NCBI GenBank assembly: GCA_022827905.1
Contig: JAJEIQ010000050.1
Span: 1,385 to 65,384 of the forward strand
Origin: Pseudomonadales bacterium
GTDB lineage: Bacteria; Pseudomonadota; Gammaproteobacteria; Pseudomonadales; Azotimanducaceae
DNA length: 64,000 nt
Direction of reading: 5' to 3'
Shown here: piece by piece, positions 46,167 to 56,432 of the stretch
How the letters are laid out: the number at the start of each line of letters is the position of its first letter
Position numbering within the stretch: position 1 is the first letter of the stretch
The notes under the pieces: model-generated
Told to the model about the DNA's origin: nothing
The model's input: the letters and a program-made list of their open reading frames with translations, nothing else
Database searches by the model: none
Translations under genes and position numbers: made by a program

Positions 46167-47299
46167 CCCTCATTGGCCCCCAGGACATTTTCGCCCTCGG
46201 CACGGTGCTGGTGGGGCTCGCCTGGTTCGGCTTCTGGGCCGACGGCAATCGTCTCGGCAAGACCACGTCCGGCGTGCTTTGGGTGATCCTGGGCGGGGTG
46301 GCCCTGTCCAATTTCGGCGTCGTGCCGTTTGAATCCCCAGCCTACGACTTCATCGGTGGGCACTTGGTGCCGCTGGCCATCCCCTTGCTGCTCTACAAGG
46401 CCGACATGCGCCGCATTCTGCGCGAAAGCGGCCCGGTCATCCTCACCTTCGGCATCGCCTGTGCGGGCACGGTCATCGGCGCGGTCGTCGGCTTCCACCT
46501 CATCGACATGGGAGCGATCGGCGCCAAGGCGGCCGGTGCCTACACCGGCGGCTGGACCGGCGGCGCAGTGAACTTTGTGGCAGTGGCCAGAGCGGTCGAG
46601 ATGACGCCGGATGAGGTTTCGGTGGCCATCAGCGCCAACAGCGTGGTCAGCATCATGGCGCTGATGTCGCTGATCACCCTGCCATCCATCGCCCTGGTGA
46701 GGCGCTTGGTGCCTTCGGCGATCATCGAGGATTCCGATCAACTGTCCGCCGGGGTCTCCATGGACGATCAAGCCGACGTCCTGCATCTGAGCCACATTGC
46801 CGGCGCCTTGGCGCTTAGCTTCGCCATCTGCGCCGTCGCCTACACCCTTGCCGGCTGGCTGGGAATTTCGAATTACGCCATCCTGTTCGTCACGGTTCTG
46901 GCCCTGGTGGTGGCCAACCTGTTTCCGCGCGCCCTGAATCGTCTGCGGGGCGACTTTGCGCTCGGCATGATCATCATGTATCTGTTCTTCGCCGCCGTGG
47001 GATGCGGCACCAATGCCCTCGCCTTCATCGACACCGCGCTCGATCTTTTCTTTTTCTCGGTGCTCATTCTGGTGGTCCACCTGTTGGTGGTGCTTGCGGC
47101 GGCGAAATTGCTGCGGATCGATCTCGCCGAGGCCATCGTCGCCGCCGGCGCCGCCCTGGTCGGCCCCGCGCCGACCGCCGCCATCGCCGCGGCCCGTGGC
47201 TGGAAGACGCTGGTGACGCCGGGGATCATGTGCGGAATCCTTGGCTACGCCATCGGCACATTCATTGGCGTTGCGGTGGCCAAGCTGCTCGGCGGCTAG
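46163..47299 (+). CDS. DUF819-like integral membrane protein
   Basis: ATGA overlap with the SDR stop. Polytopic membrane profile. The family call is from memory. Confidence 0.7.
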   Translation: MTLIGPQDIFALGTVLVGLAWFGFWADGNRLGKTTSGVLWVILGGVALSNFGVVPFESPAYDFIGGHLVPLAIPLLLYKADMRRILRESGPVILTFGIACAGTVIGAVVGFHLIDMGAIGAKAAGAYTGGWTGGAVNFVAVARAVEMTPDEVSVAISANSVVSIMALMSLITLPSIALVRRLVPSAIIEDSDQLSAGVSMDDQADVLHLSHIAGALALSFAICAVAYTLAGWLGISNYAILFVTVLALVVANLFPRALNRLRGDFALGMIIMYLFFAAVGCGTNALAFIDTALDLFFFSVLILVVHLLVVLAAAKLLRIDLAEAIVAAGAALVGPAPTAAIAAARGWKTLVTPGIMCGILGYAIGTFIGVAVAKLLGG

Positions 47300-47354
47300 A
47301 CCCTATGTTTGAACAGGTTGAGTTACGGTCTTTTCATGGGTACTACTGGTAGCC

Positions 47355-48698
47355 ATGAAAATCGAGCCTAGGGCCTCCAACGTCATCTCCACCATCGATG
47401 ACCACAGGATTTCGACGTATCAGCTATTGATTGTCGCGTTGTGCCTTGTCTTCAACATGATCGACGGATTTGACATTACCGCGATGGCCGTCACCGCCCA
47501 TCAAATCGACGAAGAGATGCAACTGGGTGCTGATCGACTGGGACTGGTCTTTAGTTTTTCATTGGCTGGCATGATGCTTGGCGCTGCGTTTCTCGCGAGC
47601 TTCTCCGACATCGTGGGTCGTCGCAGTATTGTGATTGCATCGCTGCTCCTGGTCGGCCTAACGGTTTTGCTAACGGCCAACGCGACATCGCTTACTGGCT
47701 TGCTCGCACTGCGGTTCCTATCCGGACTTGGCGCTGGCGCCATGTTGGCGAGCGTTGCCACACTGGCTGCGGAGTACAGCCCGGTGAAGTACAGAGCGCT
47801 GTGCGTTACCGCCGTTACGGCCGGTTATCCCCTCGGCGCCACAATGACCGGGCTAGTTGCGAACCAGCTGGTGCCTGAGTTTGGCTGGCGGATGATGTTT
47901 GTCTTTGGTGGCGCCACAACACTTGCACTGTGCGTGATCGCGTATCTGTTGGTACCCGAGTCAATTCACTTCCTCTGCCAGAAGCAACCTGCAAACGCAC
48001 TTGCAAGGGTAAACAAAACACTGAGGCGACTGTCACGTGATCAGATAGGGAAGCTTCCAGCACTCGAGAATTCGGATCCCAGTTCACCGGATCAGGCTCA
48101 GAATGTCCTTCAAAAGGCGAGGTTGCTGCTCACGCCGGACCTTAGGCGTTCAACACTCATCCTATGGGCATCGGTGTTCCTGTGCATCACGACGCTCTAC
48201 TTCCTTATGAGCTGGATTCCCAAAATGATCATCAACCTAGGTCATGATGAAGAAATTGCCAATCTCGCATTCACAACACATAACCTAGGCGGAGTGATTG
48301 GCATATTCTGTCTGGGCTATCTGGCAAGCCGCTGGCGCCTCTCAAGCCTCATCTCAGCCTTTACCGTTTCAGCCGCTCTGCTTATGCTCGTTTTCGCAGG
48401 CGCTGCGCTCGCATCGGCAGATCAGTTGCTGCTCATATCCATCATCTTCGTGATCGGATTCACCCTCGCGGGCGGCTATACAGGCCTCTACGCGGTCGCC
48501 GCCAAGGTCTATGCGGTAGAGGTTCGAAGCACGGGCGTTGGTTGGGCCATAGGACTTGGACGCTTCGGGGCAGTCATCGGACCCGGCGTGGCCGGACTGA
48601 TGATTGCGTCCGGCTACACGATCACCACCAATTTTCTACTGTTTGCATTCCCACTGTTTGTGGGTGGCGCACTCGCGTATCGGTTAAAGGTTGATTGA
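47355..48698 (+). CDS. MFS transporter (aromatic acid:H+ symporter-like)
   Basis: 12-TM profile with MFS loop motif DIVGRRSIVIASLLL. 447 aa. Confidence 0.9.
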   Translation: MKIEPRASNVISTIDDHRISTYQLLIVALCLVFNMIDGFDITAMAVTAHQIDEEMQLGADRLGLVFSFSLAGMMLGAAFLASFSDIVGRRSIVIASLLLVGLTVLLTANATSLTGLLALRFLSGLGAGAMLASVATLAAEYSPVKYRALCVTAVTAGYPLGATMTGLVANQLVPEFGWRMMFVFGGATTLALCVIAYLLVPESIHFLCQKQPANALARVNKTLRRLSRDQIGKLPALENSDPSSPDQAQNVLQKARLLLTPDLRRSTLILWASVFLCITTLYFLMSWIPKMIINLGHDEEIANLAFTTHNLGGVIGIFCLGYLASRWRLSSLISAFTVSAALLMLVFAGAALASADQLLLISIIFVIGFTLAGGYTGLYAVAAKVYAVEVRSTGVGWAIGLGRFGAVIGPGVAGLMIASGYTITTNFLLFAFPLFVGGALAYRLKVD

Positions 48699-48718
48699 GG
48701 AATTTGCGGAGAATACAC

Positions 48719-49144
48719 ATGCTAGTCTTTTATCGAGAAATCACCGTCGAATGGGGTGAGTCCGACCCCTTTGGCCTTGTTTACTTCCCACGCATGCTCG
48801 CCTGGTTCAATGATGCGGAGCATGAGCTCTTCTCTCAGGCTGGCTATTCAGTCAAGAAAATGGTCGAAAAGGACCGCACAGCATTTGTCATGGGACGAGT
48901 TAGTTTCGAATTCGTGGGTCCTGCGGCATACGGCGATGAAATCATCACCCGCCTTGAGCTTGATGAAATCACCAACTCAACAATCACGTGGAAATGCACC
49001 GCCAATCGGAAGAAAGACGCGATTCAGGTCACCAAGGGCACGGCGACGCGCGTCTATGCTGAAATACAGGAGGATGGGACACTAAAGGCCATCAGAATTC
49101 CGGATCACATTCGCGAGATTCTAGGCGTCAAACCGAATCAGTGA
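48719..49144 (+). CDS. 4HBT-type acyl-CoA thioesterase (hotdog fold)
   Basis: WGESDPFGLVYFPRMLAWFNDAEHELF is typical of the 4-hydroxybenzoyl-CoA thioesterase family. ATG 48719 follows GCGGAGAA. Confidence 0.8.
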   Translation: MLVFYREITVEWGESDPFGLVYFPRMLAWFNDAEHELFSQAGYSVKKMVEKDRTAFVMGRVSFEFVGPAAYGDEIITRLELDEITNSTITWKCTANRKKDAIQVTKGTATRVYAEIQEDGTLKAIRIPDHIREILGVKPNQ

Positions 49145-49167
49145 GCCTGTTGCCCGAGACGCCTATG

Positions 49168-49554
49168 TCAGATGACGGCAGTCGCCTCAATTTCAATCTT
49201 GGCCTGACTCTCGACGAGCTGAACGACCTGGACCACGCTCATTGGCGGATAGTGCCGCCCGATTACATCGCGATAGGCTGCACCCATCTCCTTCTGTGAC
49301 CCCAAGTAGGCATCGCGGTCGGTGATGAACCATGTCAGGCGCACCAGATGCTCAGGGCCTGCACCGGCTTCCTTGAGCAGTGTCTTTATGTTCTCCAAGG
49401 TTTGACGAAACTGATCAATATACTCTTCGCTTTCAAATTCCTGCTGGGCGTTCCATCCGATCTGACCACCAAGAACAACCAGCTTGCCTTCGGCTACGAC
49501 GCCATTCGCATAGCCCTTTGCTGGTGCCCAATTGTCTGGCTGCAAAAATTCCAT
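49168..49554 (-). CDS. RidA/YjgF-family enamine-imine deaminase
   Basis: ATG 49554 follows AGGAAGAGG. 128 aa: PAKGYANGVV...LVRLTWFITD...IEIEATAV. Confidence 0.85.
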   Translation of the reverse strand: MEFLQPDNWAPAKGYANGVVAEGKLVVLGGQIGWNAQQEFESEEYIDQFRQTLENIKTLLKEAGAGPEHLVRLTWFITDRDAYLGSQKEMGAAYRDVIGRHYPPMSVVQVVQLVESQAKIEIEATAVI

Positions 49555-49567
49555 CCTGTGCCTCTTC

Positions 49568-51037
49568 CTATTTTTGTATGTGAATCGGTCGCCAGTCAGG
49601 CGCGACAAGGCGGCGTTTTCCGTCTGACGTTCGACTTGGATCGCCATCTGAAAAGTCACGATCCCACAACTGGCAGGTCACTTGTTTGTGCTTCTGATCC
49701 AATCCTTCACAGTAGTTGGTGTACTCGCAGAGGTTTACGGCATCACCCTGCCCGGTCCTGACTTTGATGAACCAATCAGGGTCAGCCAGCGCTTGACGCG
49801 CCAATGCAACGACGTCACCAACCTCTTCTGCCAAAACCCCTTTGGCTTGGTCAAAGTTGTGAATTCCGCCGGCAACGACGACGGGTGTGAGCAAGCTATC
49901 GTTCCGCAACGCCGAGCGTATGTGCTTGGCAAGCGGAACATTGCGACCGAACGGCCCTTGCTCATCAGAGATGTAGCCCGGCATGCATTCGTAGCCACTC
50001 ATGCCGGTGTACGGATACACCGCCTCGCCAACCTTGGGCTGCTTCGCGTCATCAAACTTGCCGCCCCGACTTAAGCTTAGGAAGTCGAGCCCCGCTCCAC
50101 ACAACGCAACGGCGTGCGCTGTGGCGTCTGAGAGATCAGAGCCGCCATCGATGCACTCATCGGCCAATATGCGCACGCCGACGACGAAATCCCGCCCAAC
50201 CGCGCTAAGCACTGCCTCCATGACCTCCAACGCCAGGCGCTGGCGACCCTTTAGAGCCCCGCCATATCCATCGTCACGGGTATTCGTTCGTGACAGGAAC
50301 GACGCCATGGTGTAGGCATGCGCGTAGTGCAGCTCCACGCCATCGAACCCCGCTTTCTTGGCTCGCACCGCCGCTGCTGCAAAGAGCTCGGGAAGCTGTT
50401 TCGGCAGATCGCGAATGTGTTCAAGCTCCATATCCGTAACGCGCTCGCGATAGCCATACCTCAGGGACTCCAACTCCCTGGTCGTCAGCACCTCCTCTAG
50501 CTCATCGCCACCAAGCAACATCAAGTGGGCGCGTACCTTGGCTTCATCGGCTGCCTCATCAAGCCCAACTGCTTGCGCATGCTCAGGGCGAACTTTCAAA
50601 AACCGTCCGAAATAGGCCTCAGCTGCTGGTCGACGCTTGATTGACAGGAAATCGATCAGTTGAATGAAAAGCTTGGAATAGCCCTTACTCTCCTCACGTA
50701 CCCGTTGTACGATTTGCTCCAAACCGGGAACGTAGCGATCATGGCCGATGCGCAGTAGCGGACCACTGGGTATGTCCCTAATGCCCGTAGCTTCCACGAC
50801 GATTGCCCCCGGTTGGCCACGCGCAAACCTTCCGTACCAATCGAGATTGTCGGCGGTTACAGCGCCGTCATCCTCCGCCCGCCAAGGCACCATGGCAGGC
50901 ACCCAAGTTCGCTCGTTGAGCCGCAAGGCTTGGAAGGAAAGCGGCTCGAATAGCTGGGCGGACGACGCCTCCTGTCGAGATGGCCAGCTGCCGCCTGGCG
51001 AGGCCTTGTACTTAACTCTCTGAGGAGGCTTCCACAT
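49568..51037 (-). CDS. NADH:flavin oxidoreductase (Old Yellow Enzyme family)
   Basis: OYE barrel motifs GFDGVELHYAHAYTMASFLSRTNTRDDGYGG. 489 aa with a roughly 80-aa insertion and a Cys-containing C-terminus. Confidence 0.85.
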   Translation of the reverse strand: MWKPPQRVKYKASPGGSWPSRQEASSAQLFEPLSFQALRLNERTWVPAMVPWRAEDDGAVTADNLDWYGRFARGQPGAIVVEATGIRDIPSGPLLRIGHDRYVPGLEQIVQRVREESKGYSKLFIQLIDFLSIKRRPAAEAYFGRFLKVRPEHAQAVGLDEAADEAKVRAHLMLLGGDELEEVLTTRELESLRYGYRERVTDMELEHIRDLPKQLPELFAAAAVRAKKAGFDGVELHYAHAYTMASFLSRTNTRDDGYGGALKGRQRLALEVMEAVLSAVGRDFVVGVRILADECIDGGSDLSDATAHAVALCGAGLDFLSLSRGGKFDDAKQPKVGEAVYPYTGMSGYECMPGYISDEQGPFGRNVPLAKHIRSALRNDSLLTPVVVAGGIHNFDQAKGVLAEEVGDVVALARQALADPDWFIKVRTGQGDAVNLCEYTNYCEGLDQKHKQVTCQLWDRDFSDGDPSRTSDGKRRLVAPDWRPIHIQK

Positions 51038-51039
51038 GC

Positions 51040-51852
51040 CTAGTTGCCCTCAAACACTGGCGATTGCTTGGCGACAAACGCTCGATAGGCGCGCTCAAAG
51101 TCAGAAGTTTGCATGCAAATCGCCTGCGCTTGTGCTTCAGACTCAATGGCTTGCTCGAGACTCATGCACCATTCCTGATTGAGCATCGTTTTGGTCATAC
51201 CATGCGCAAACGTGGGGCCGGCTATGAGCTGGCGCGCTTTCTCCCTCGCACATCCTGGCGCATCGTCAGAAAGCTCGTTAAAGAACCCCCAACGTTCGCC
51301 CTCCTCAGCCGTCATGACTCGACCACTGAACAAGAGTTCGCTCGCGCGACCTTGGCCAATCAATCTCGGCAATATCGCACAGGCTCCCATGTCACACCCG
51401 GCGAGCCCTACACGGGTGAACAGGAACGCAGTTTTGCTATTGCTGGCGCCATAGCGTAGGTCGCTGGCCATGGCGATGATCGCACCAGCGCCAGCGCAAA
51501 CACCCTCCACAGCGGCAATGACCACCTGCGGGCACGCTCGCATGGCCTTGACCAGATCACCGGTCATGCGGGTAAAGCGCATGAGTTCAACCATGTCCAT
51601 GGCAACCAGCGGTCCGATGATTTCATGCACGTCTCCGCCGGATGAGAAATTCCCGCCGCTCCCCTCGATTACAACCGCATGCACGTCATCCGCATAACAC
51701 AGTTCCCGAAACAGATCCCTAAGCTCCGCATAGGAGTCAAAGGTGAGTGGGTTTTTTCGTTCCGGACGATTCAAAGTCACCGTCGCGACCCCGTCTTCCA
51801 AGGACCAAAGAAAGTGAGACGGCTGATAGTCGGCCATGGATTTGGTTTGCAT
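51040..51852 (-). CDS. enoyl-CoA hydratase/isomerase (crotonase)
   Basis: [16 protein letters not shown] and [22 protein letters not shown]. Confidence 0.9.
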   Translation of the reverse strand: MQTKSMADYQPSHFLWSLEDGVATVTLNRPERKNPLTFDSYAELRDLFRELCYADDVHAVVIEGSGGNFSSGGDVHEIIGPLVAMDMVELMRFTRMTGDLVKAMRACPQVVIAAVEGVCAGAGAIIAMASDLRYGASNSKTAFLFTRVGLAGCDMGACAILPRLIGQGRASELLFSGRVMTAEEGERWGFFNELSDDAPGCAREKARQLIAGPTFAHGMTKTMLNQEWCMSLEQAIESEAQAQAICMQTSDFERAYRAFVAKQSPVFEGN

Positions 51853-51861
51853 CGCTATCCC

Positions 51862-52599
51862 CTACGTTGTTTCACCGCCAGAGATGGAGATGGCTTGGCC
51901 GGTCACAGATCCGGCGAGTTCGCTCACCAACCACACAGCCGTTGCGCCAATTTCCTCTGGCTCGATTAATCTCTGTTGCGGGTTGTTGGAGTACAGCGCC
52001 TTTCGCGCGTCGTTCTCCGATCGACCGGTTTTTTCCATGATGTTCTTCACGGAGATCTCCAACATCTCCGTGTTCGCAAAGCCCGGACAGACTGCGTTAA
52101 ACGTGACGGGGGATCGCGCAAATTCCGCTGCCAACGCACGCGTAAGCCCGAGCAGTGCATGCTTGGACGCACAGTAGGAGGCGACGTACCCGTAGCCTTT
52201 CTGCGCCGCAGTGCTGGCGATATTGATGACCCGTCCAAACTCGCGTTCCAACATGCCAGGCAGCACGGCCTGCGTGCAATGGAAGGCCCCGTCGACATTC
52301 ACCGCAAACGTATCCCGCCAAGTCACGCTATCCAGCTTCGCAAAGGGCATACTCGGTGCGATGCCTGCATTGTTCACAAGAACGTCCACGGCATCAAATT
52401 CCCGAAAAGCGCCAACCACCGCGCTGTTGTCGGTTATGTCCAAGACTTGACAGTCAGCATTCGACAGCGATTCGCAAACTTTCTCCAAAGCACTCTGCGT
52501 TCGACCAACGAGGGTCGTCCGAATGCCGTCCGCATCGAATGCCCGGGCAATCCCTGCCCCAATGCCAGTGCCTCCACCAGTTATGACGGCATGTTTCAA
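51862..52599 (-). CDS. SDR-family dehydrogenase
   Basis: TTG 52599 overlaps the upstream TGA (TTGA). Cofactor motif [11 protein letters not shown] and catalytic motif [10 protein letters not shown]. The longer track ORF from 52677 would overlap the upstream gene by 80 nt. Confidence 0.8.
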   Translation of the reverse strand: MKHAVITGGGTGIGAGIARAFDADGIRTTLVGRTQSALEKVCESLSNADCQVLDITDNSAVVGAFREFDAVDVLVNNAGIAPSMPFAKLDSVTWRDTFAVNVDGAFHCTQAVLPGMLEREFGRVINIASTAAQKGYGYVASYCASKHALLGLTRALAAEFARSPVTFNAVCPGFANTEMLEISVKNIMEKTGRSENDARKALYSNNPQQRLIEPEEIGATAVWLVSELAGSVTGQAISISGGETT

Positions 52600-54905
52600 G
52601 CACTTGCTCCCATGGCGCGCGCTCGCTCCGCGTTGCGCATCAATTGCTCCTTCCCAGGCAGGTACTGCACTGGCCACGCTTGCTCGACACCCGCTTCAGC
52701 CGCAGCCCTGAGCGTCCAAAATGGATCCGTAAGGTGGGGTCGCCCGAGGCAGCACAGGTCCGCACGACCTGACACAAGAATCGAATTCACGTGATCCGTC
52801 TCATAAATGTTGCCAACCGCCATCGTCGGAATGCCCGCGCTGTTGCGAATGAGGTCCGCAAACGGCGTCTGGAACATTCGACCATAGACGGGTTCCGCAT
52901 CAGGTGATGTTTGCCCGGCTGAGACGTCTATGATGTCTGCACCGGCGTCATGGAACGCCCGGGCGATCTCGACGGATTCTTGGCCATCCACGCCTTGAGG
53001 ATGCCAATCCGTCGAAGAGATTCGAACACTCATCGGCTTTTCCCCAGGCCAAACTCGCCGTACCGCACGGAAGACTTCCAATGGGAAGCGAAGCCTGTTC
53101 GCCAGCGAGCCGCCATATTCATCGGTTCTATGGTTGAGCAGTGGGGTAATGAACGCGGACAACAGGTAGCCGTGCGCGCAGTGCAGTTCGAGCCAATCGA
53201 AACCGGCTTCATGGGCCCTCCTCGCCGCCCGCACGAACTGCACCCTCACTGCATTCATGTCAACTCGCGTCATCGCTTTCGGCACCTGGTTTTCTGGCCC
53301 GTACGGCACATCCGACGCGCTCATGATCGGCCAATTTCCTTCATCGAGTGGTGCGTCGCTTCCTTCCCAGCCCACCTTAGTGGAACCTTTGGGCCCGGAA
53401 TGGCCCAATTGCATCGCAAATTTGCACGGCGTTTGACGATGCACAAAATCGACGATTCGTTTCCATGCCGCCTGCTGCCGGCCGTTCCATAGGCCAGCAC
53501 ACCCAAGTGAGATGCGTCCCTCACGTGAGACGTCCGTCATCTCAGTGAACAGCAAACCAGCCCCGCCCTTCGCCAACGCGCCGTAGTGCACCAAATGAAA
53601 ATCCTCTGGAATTCCCTCTTCAGCGCTGTACATGGACATCGGCGAGACAACGATTCGATTGCGCAAAACAAGGTCACGAACACGAAAAGGCACAAACATC
53701 GGTCGCGTCGGCCTTGGTGGGGGCGCGTTCGAGGTTGATGCAAACCATGACTCCATCTCACCCAGCCATTCACCATCCCGCAGCCTGAGGTTTTCGTGGC
53801 TGACACGCTGCGATCGTGTCAACAGGCTATAGGTGAACTGCCTCGGAGCCAGATGCATGTAGTGTTCTACATTTTCAAACCATTCCGTGCTGTTTCGAGC
53901 CGCATTCGTGATCTTGATCACTTCCAGCGCCCGCTCCTCCTGATAGGAAGCCAGCGCATCTTCAAGCGATGCGGCATCACTATGGATGTGATCAGCGAGG
54001 CAGGTGGCATCTTCCAACGCCAGTTTGGTGCCAGAGCCAATGGAAAAGTGTGCCGTGTGGGCTGCATCGCCCAACAACACAACGTTCTCGTTGTACCACC
54101 GTTCACAGGTCACTCGCGGGAAGTTGATCCATATCGCCGAGCCGCGAAGATGAGCCGCATTGTCCATCAGGGGCGCGCCGTCCAGATGCTCCTTGAAAAT
54201 CTCCTCGCAGAGCCTTACGCCCTTCTCCTTCCCCATGCGCTCAAACCCGGCTCGAGCCCAGGTTTCAGGGCCGCACTCAACGATGAACGTTGAGGTGTCT
54301 TCATTGAATTGGTAAGCATGGGCCCAAAACCAACCCCATTCCGTTTTTTCGAAGATGAAGTTGAAGGCATCAAAGCGCTTCTTAACCCCCAGCCAAACAA
54401 ATCGGTTCTTTCGCGCATCCACATTTGGCCTAAACACATCCTTGTACAGCGATCTAACACGGCTGTTTAGTCCATCGCAGGCAACGACTAAATCGTACTC
54501 TGCGCGATAGGCTTCCATATGTTGGATTTCAGTCTCCGTCTCGTACTCGATCTCAACTCCGAGTTCCACACAACGTGCTGACAAAATCTCCAACAGTCGC
54601 AGCCGACCAATACCGCAAAACCCGTGGCCGCCCGACCGATGCGTTTCTCCGCCAAAGTGGACTTCCACATCATCCCAGTGCGCAAAGCTGCTCGCGACAA
54701 GCGCGGCTGTCTGAGGATCATTGCTTCTCATGTGTTCCATCGTTTCATCTGATAGAACCACACCCCAGCCAAAAGTGGAGTCCGCCCGATTTCGTTCCAA
54801 TACCCGCACTTGATGGTTTGGATTCCTCAGTTTCATGGAAAGCGCAAAGTAAAGACCCGCAGGGCCTCCGCCTAAGCAAATGACATTCATCGATTGACCA
54901 TTCAT
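52596..54905 (-). CDS. bifunctional FAD monooxygenase / OYE reductase (2-aminobenzoyl-CoA monooxygenase-reductase, salicylyl-CoA 5-hydroxylase type)
   Basis: N-terminal half: [14 protein letters not shown] and [25 protein letters not shown]-terminal half: [36 protein letters not shown] 54905 overlaps the upstream stop (ATGA). 769 aa. Confidence 0.85.
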   Translation of the reverse strand: MNGQSMNVICLGGGPAGLYFALSMKLRNPNHQVRVLERNRADSTFGWGVVLSDETMEHMRSNDPQTAALVASSFAHWDDVEVHFGGETHRSGGHGFCGIGRLRLLEILSARCVELGVEIEYETETEIQHMEAYRAEYDLVVACDGLNSRVRSLYKDVFRPNVDARKNRFVWLGVKKRFDAFNFIFEKTEWGWFWAHAYQFNEDTSTFIVECGPETWARAGFERMGKEKGVRLCEEIFKEHLDGAPLMDNAAHLRGSAIWINFPRVTCERWYNENVVLLGDAAHTAHFSIGSGTKLALEDATCLADHIHSDAASLEDALASYQEERALEVIKITNAARNSTEWFENVEHYMHLAPRQFTYSLLTRSQRVSHENLRLRDGEWLGEMESWFASTSNAPPPRPTRPMFVPFRVRDLVLRNRIVVSPMSMYSAEEGIPEDFHLVHYGALAKGGAGLLFTEMTDVSREGRISLGCAGLWNGRQQAAWKRIVDFVHRQTPCKFAMQLGHSGPKGSTKVGWEGSDAPLDEGNWPIMSASDVPYGPENQVPKAMTRVDMNAVRVQFVRAARRAHEAGFDWLELHCAHGYLLSAFITPLLNHRTDEYGGSLANRLRFPLEVFRAVRRVWPGEKPMSVRISSTDWHPQGVDGQESVEIARAFHDAGADIIDVSAGQTSPDAEPVYGRMFQTPFADLIRNSAGIPTMAVGNIYETDHVNSILVSGRADLCCLGRPHLTDPFWTLRAAAEAGVEQAWPVQYLPGKEQLMRNAERARAMGASA

Positions 54906-55690
54906 TGCCGAACCCCGGGAATGAGCGCAAGAACCCGCAATGGACTGCCGGATCCGTTCTGAATCTTCAAGGGAGCGCAAAACAACAGGCTCCCCGTGGG
55001 TGGCAGGTGTTCAAGGTTCGCCAAGCACTGCAATCCATATTTGCCAGAACCGTGCATGAAGTAGTGGCAAGGGTACGGAGGGTTTAGATGCTGGGCTTGG
55101 CCTGCATCCGTACCGATCGACTCAGTCCCAAATCCGAGAACATTGCGTTCCACCAGATACTGCACTGCCCCGGCATCCGGCCCTGGCGTGTGCTGCCCCT
55201 CTTCGTCGTAGTTTTGATACTCAATCGGATCTGTTCGTTTTGACCAATCGGTGCGCATGATCACCCATGCCCCTTCTGGAATCTCACCGTGTTCCTGTTC
55301 CCACTGAACAATATGGTCTTTAGTCAAGAGGAAGTCGGCGTTCTGCCCTGAGTGCTTGCTGTAATCGAGCACAACCGCCGGGGCAATCATATGCTCGGGC
55401 GGAATGGTATCCACTGTGTTGTTCGGCAAGTTGCGGCCGGACACCCAGTGAATGGGTGCATCAAAGTGGGTGCCGGTGTGTTCGCCACATGAGAAGTTGT
55501 TCCAATACCAACTGGGACCTCGATCGTCGTACTTGGAAACCTCCTCAATCCGAAACGGCTGAACTTGACCAAACTCCGGCGGGAGGGTCAGTTGGGGAAA
55601 ATCGGGTGAGAGCGTCTGCGTTAGATCAACAACGCGAACCCCGCCGCTGGTGATGGCCCGGCTCAATCCAGTGAGCAATTCAGCACCCAT
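54902..55690 (-). CDS. cyclase-family metal hydrolase (kynurenine formamidase / isatin hydrolase family)
   Basis: Motif [13 protein letters not shown] (HxGTHxDxPxH). GGAG lies 6 nt upstream of the ATG. Confidence 0.85.
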   Translation of the reverse strand: MGAELLTGLSRAITSGGVRVVDLTQTLSPDFPQLTLPPEFGQVQPFRIEEVSKYDDRGPSWYWNNFSCGEHTGTHFDAPIHWVSGRNLPNNTVDTIPPEHMIAPAVVLDYSKHSGQNADFLLTKDHIVQWEQEHGEIPEGAWVIMRTDWSKRTDPIEYQNYDEEGQHTPGPDAGAVQYLVERNVLGFGTESIGTDAGQAQHLNPPYPCHYFMHGSGKYGLQCLANLEHLPPTGSLLFCAPLKIQNGSGSPLRVLALIPGVRQ

Positions 55691-55700
55691 GTTCAGCTCC

Positions 55701-56432
55701 TTAGGTAAAGCTCATGTTGCCCACGGAACTGCCGCCACAGACAAAGAGCGTTTGGCCGGTCACAAACCCGGCGTCATCGGAAAGAAAGAAATCCACTGCC
55801 CGCGCAACATCGCTTGGCCGCCCAATCCGACCCACCGGAATTCGCTCTGCCACACGCGCTTCCAACTCGCTGCCCTTTTCGACGACGTCGTGAAACATTT
55901 CCGTGTCCTCAATCGCGCCTGGCGCCACAACATTCACCGTCACGCCATGCTCGGCGAGTTCAAGCGCCCAGGTACGCGCCATGCCGATCATGCCCGCTTT
56001 GGTCGCCGAGTAAACGGTTCGTTTCTCGAGCCCCACAACCGCACGAGTGCTCATAAGAACAACCCGCCCATGACGTTCGCAACGCATCCTCGGCAAAGCC
56101 GCTTGCAGCATCGATATGGCGCAGCCCAAGTGCAGCTGACTGAGGGCGGTCAGATCTTCGTTCACAACCTCTTCGACTGGTTTTTCGATTATGGCCCCAG
56201 CGTTGTGAATAATGCGCGAACTCGGCCACTGCTCGGCCGCTTGCTGAAAGGCGCTTCGCGTAGCCACCGGATCAGACAGATCCGCCTTGATCGATACCAA
56301 CGAGTCATGACTTCCGGCGACACTTCGGCGGGCAATGCTAACGACCTGATAGCCTTGCCGCACGAGATGGTCCGCAAGGTGGGCTCCAATGCCAGAGCTC
56401 CCACCGGTCACCCAAACGTTGGGTTTACTCAC
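55701..56432 (-). CDS. SDR-family dehydrogenase
   Basis: The GTG start overlaps the upstream gene by 8 nt. Cofactor motif VWVTGGSSGIG and catalytic motif YSATKAGMIG. Confidence 0.9.
   Translation of the reverse strand: MSKPNVWVTGGSSGIGAHLADHLVRQGYQVVSIARRSVAGSHDSLVSIKADLSDPVATRSAFQQAAEQWPSSRIIHNAGAIIEKPVEEVVNEDLTALSQLHLGCAISMLQAALPRMRCERHGRVVLMSTRAVVGLEKRTVYSATKAGMIGMARTWALELAEHGVTVNVVAPGAIEDTEMFHDVVEKGSELEARVAERIPVGRIGRPSDVARAVDFFLSDDAGFVTGQTLFVCGGSSVGNMSFT

Noticed and set aside
45902-47080. A 392-aa minus-strand ORF.
   Set aside because: It lies antisense to the SDR 3' end and the DUF819-like membrane protein. Its translation is a His/Gly/Asp/Arg-rich artefact.
47331-47361. The 9-bp inverted repeat TTTTCATGG-N13-CCATGAAAA covers the MFS start codon and could be a translational or operator element.
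   Set aside because: By my rough estimate, several 9-bp repeats at this spacing are expected by chance in 64 kb. There is no second line of evidence.
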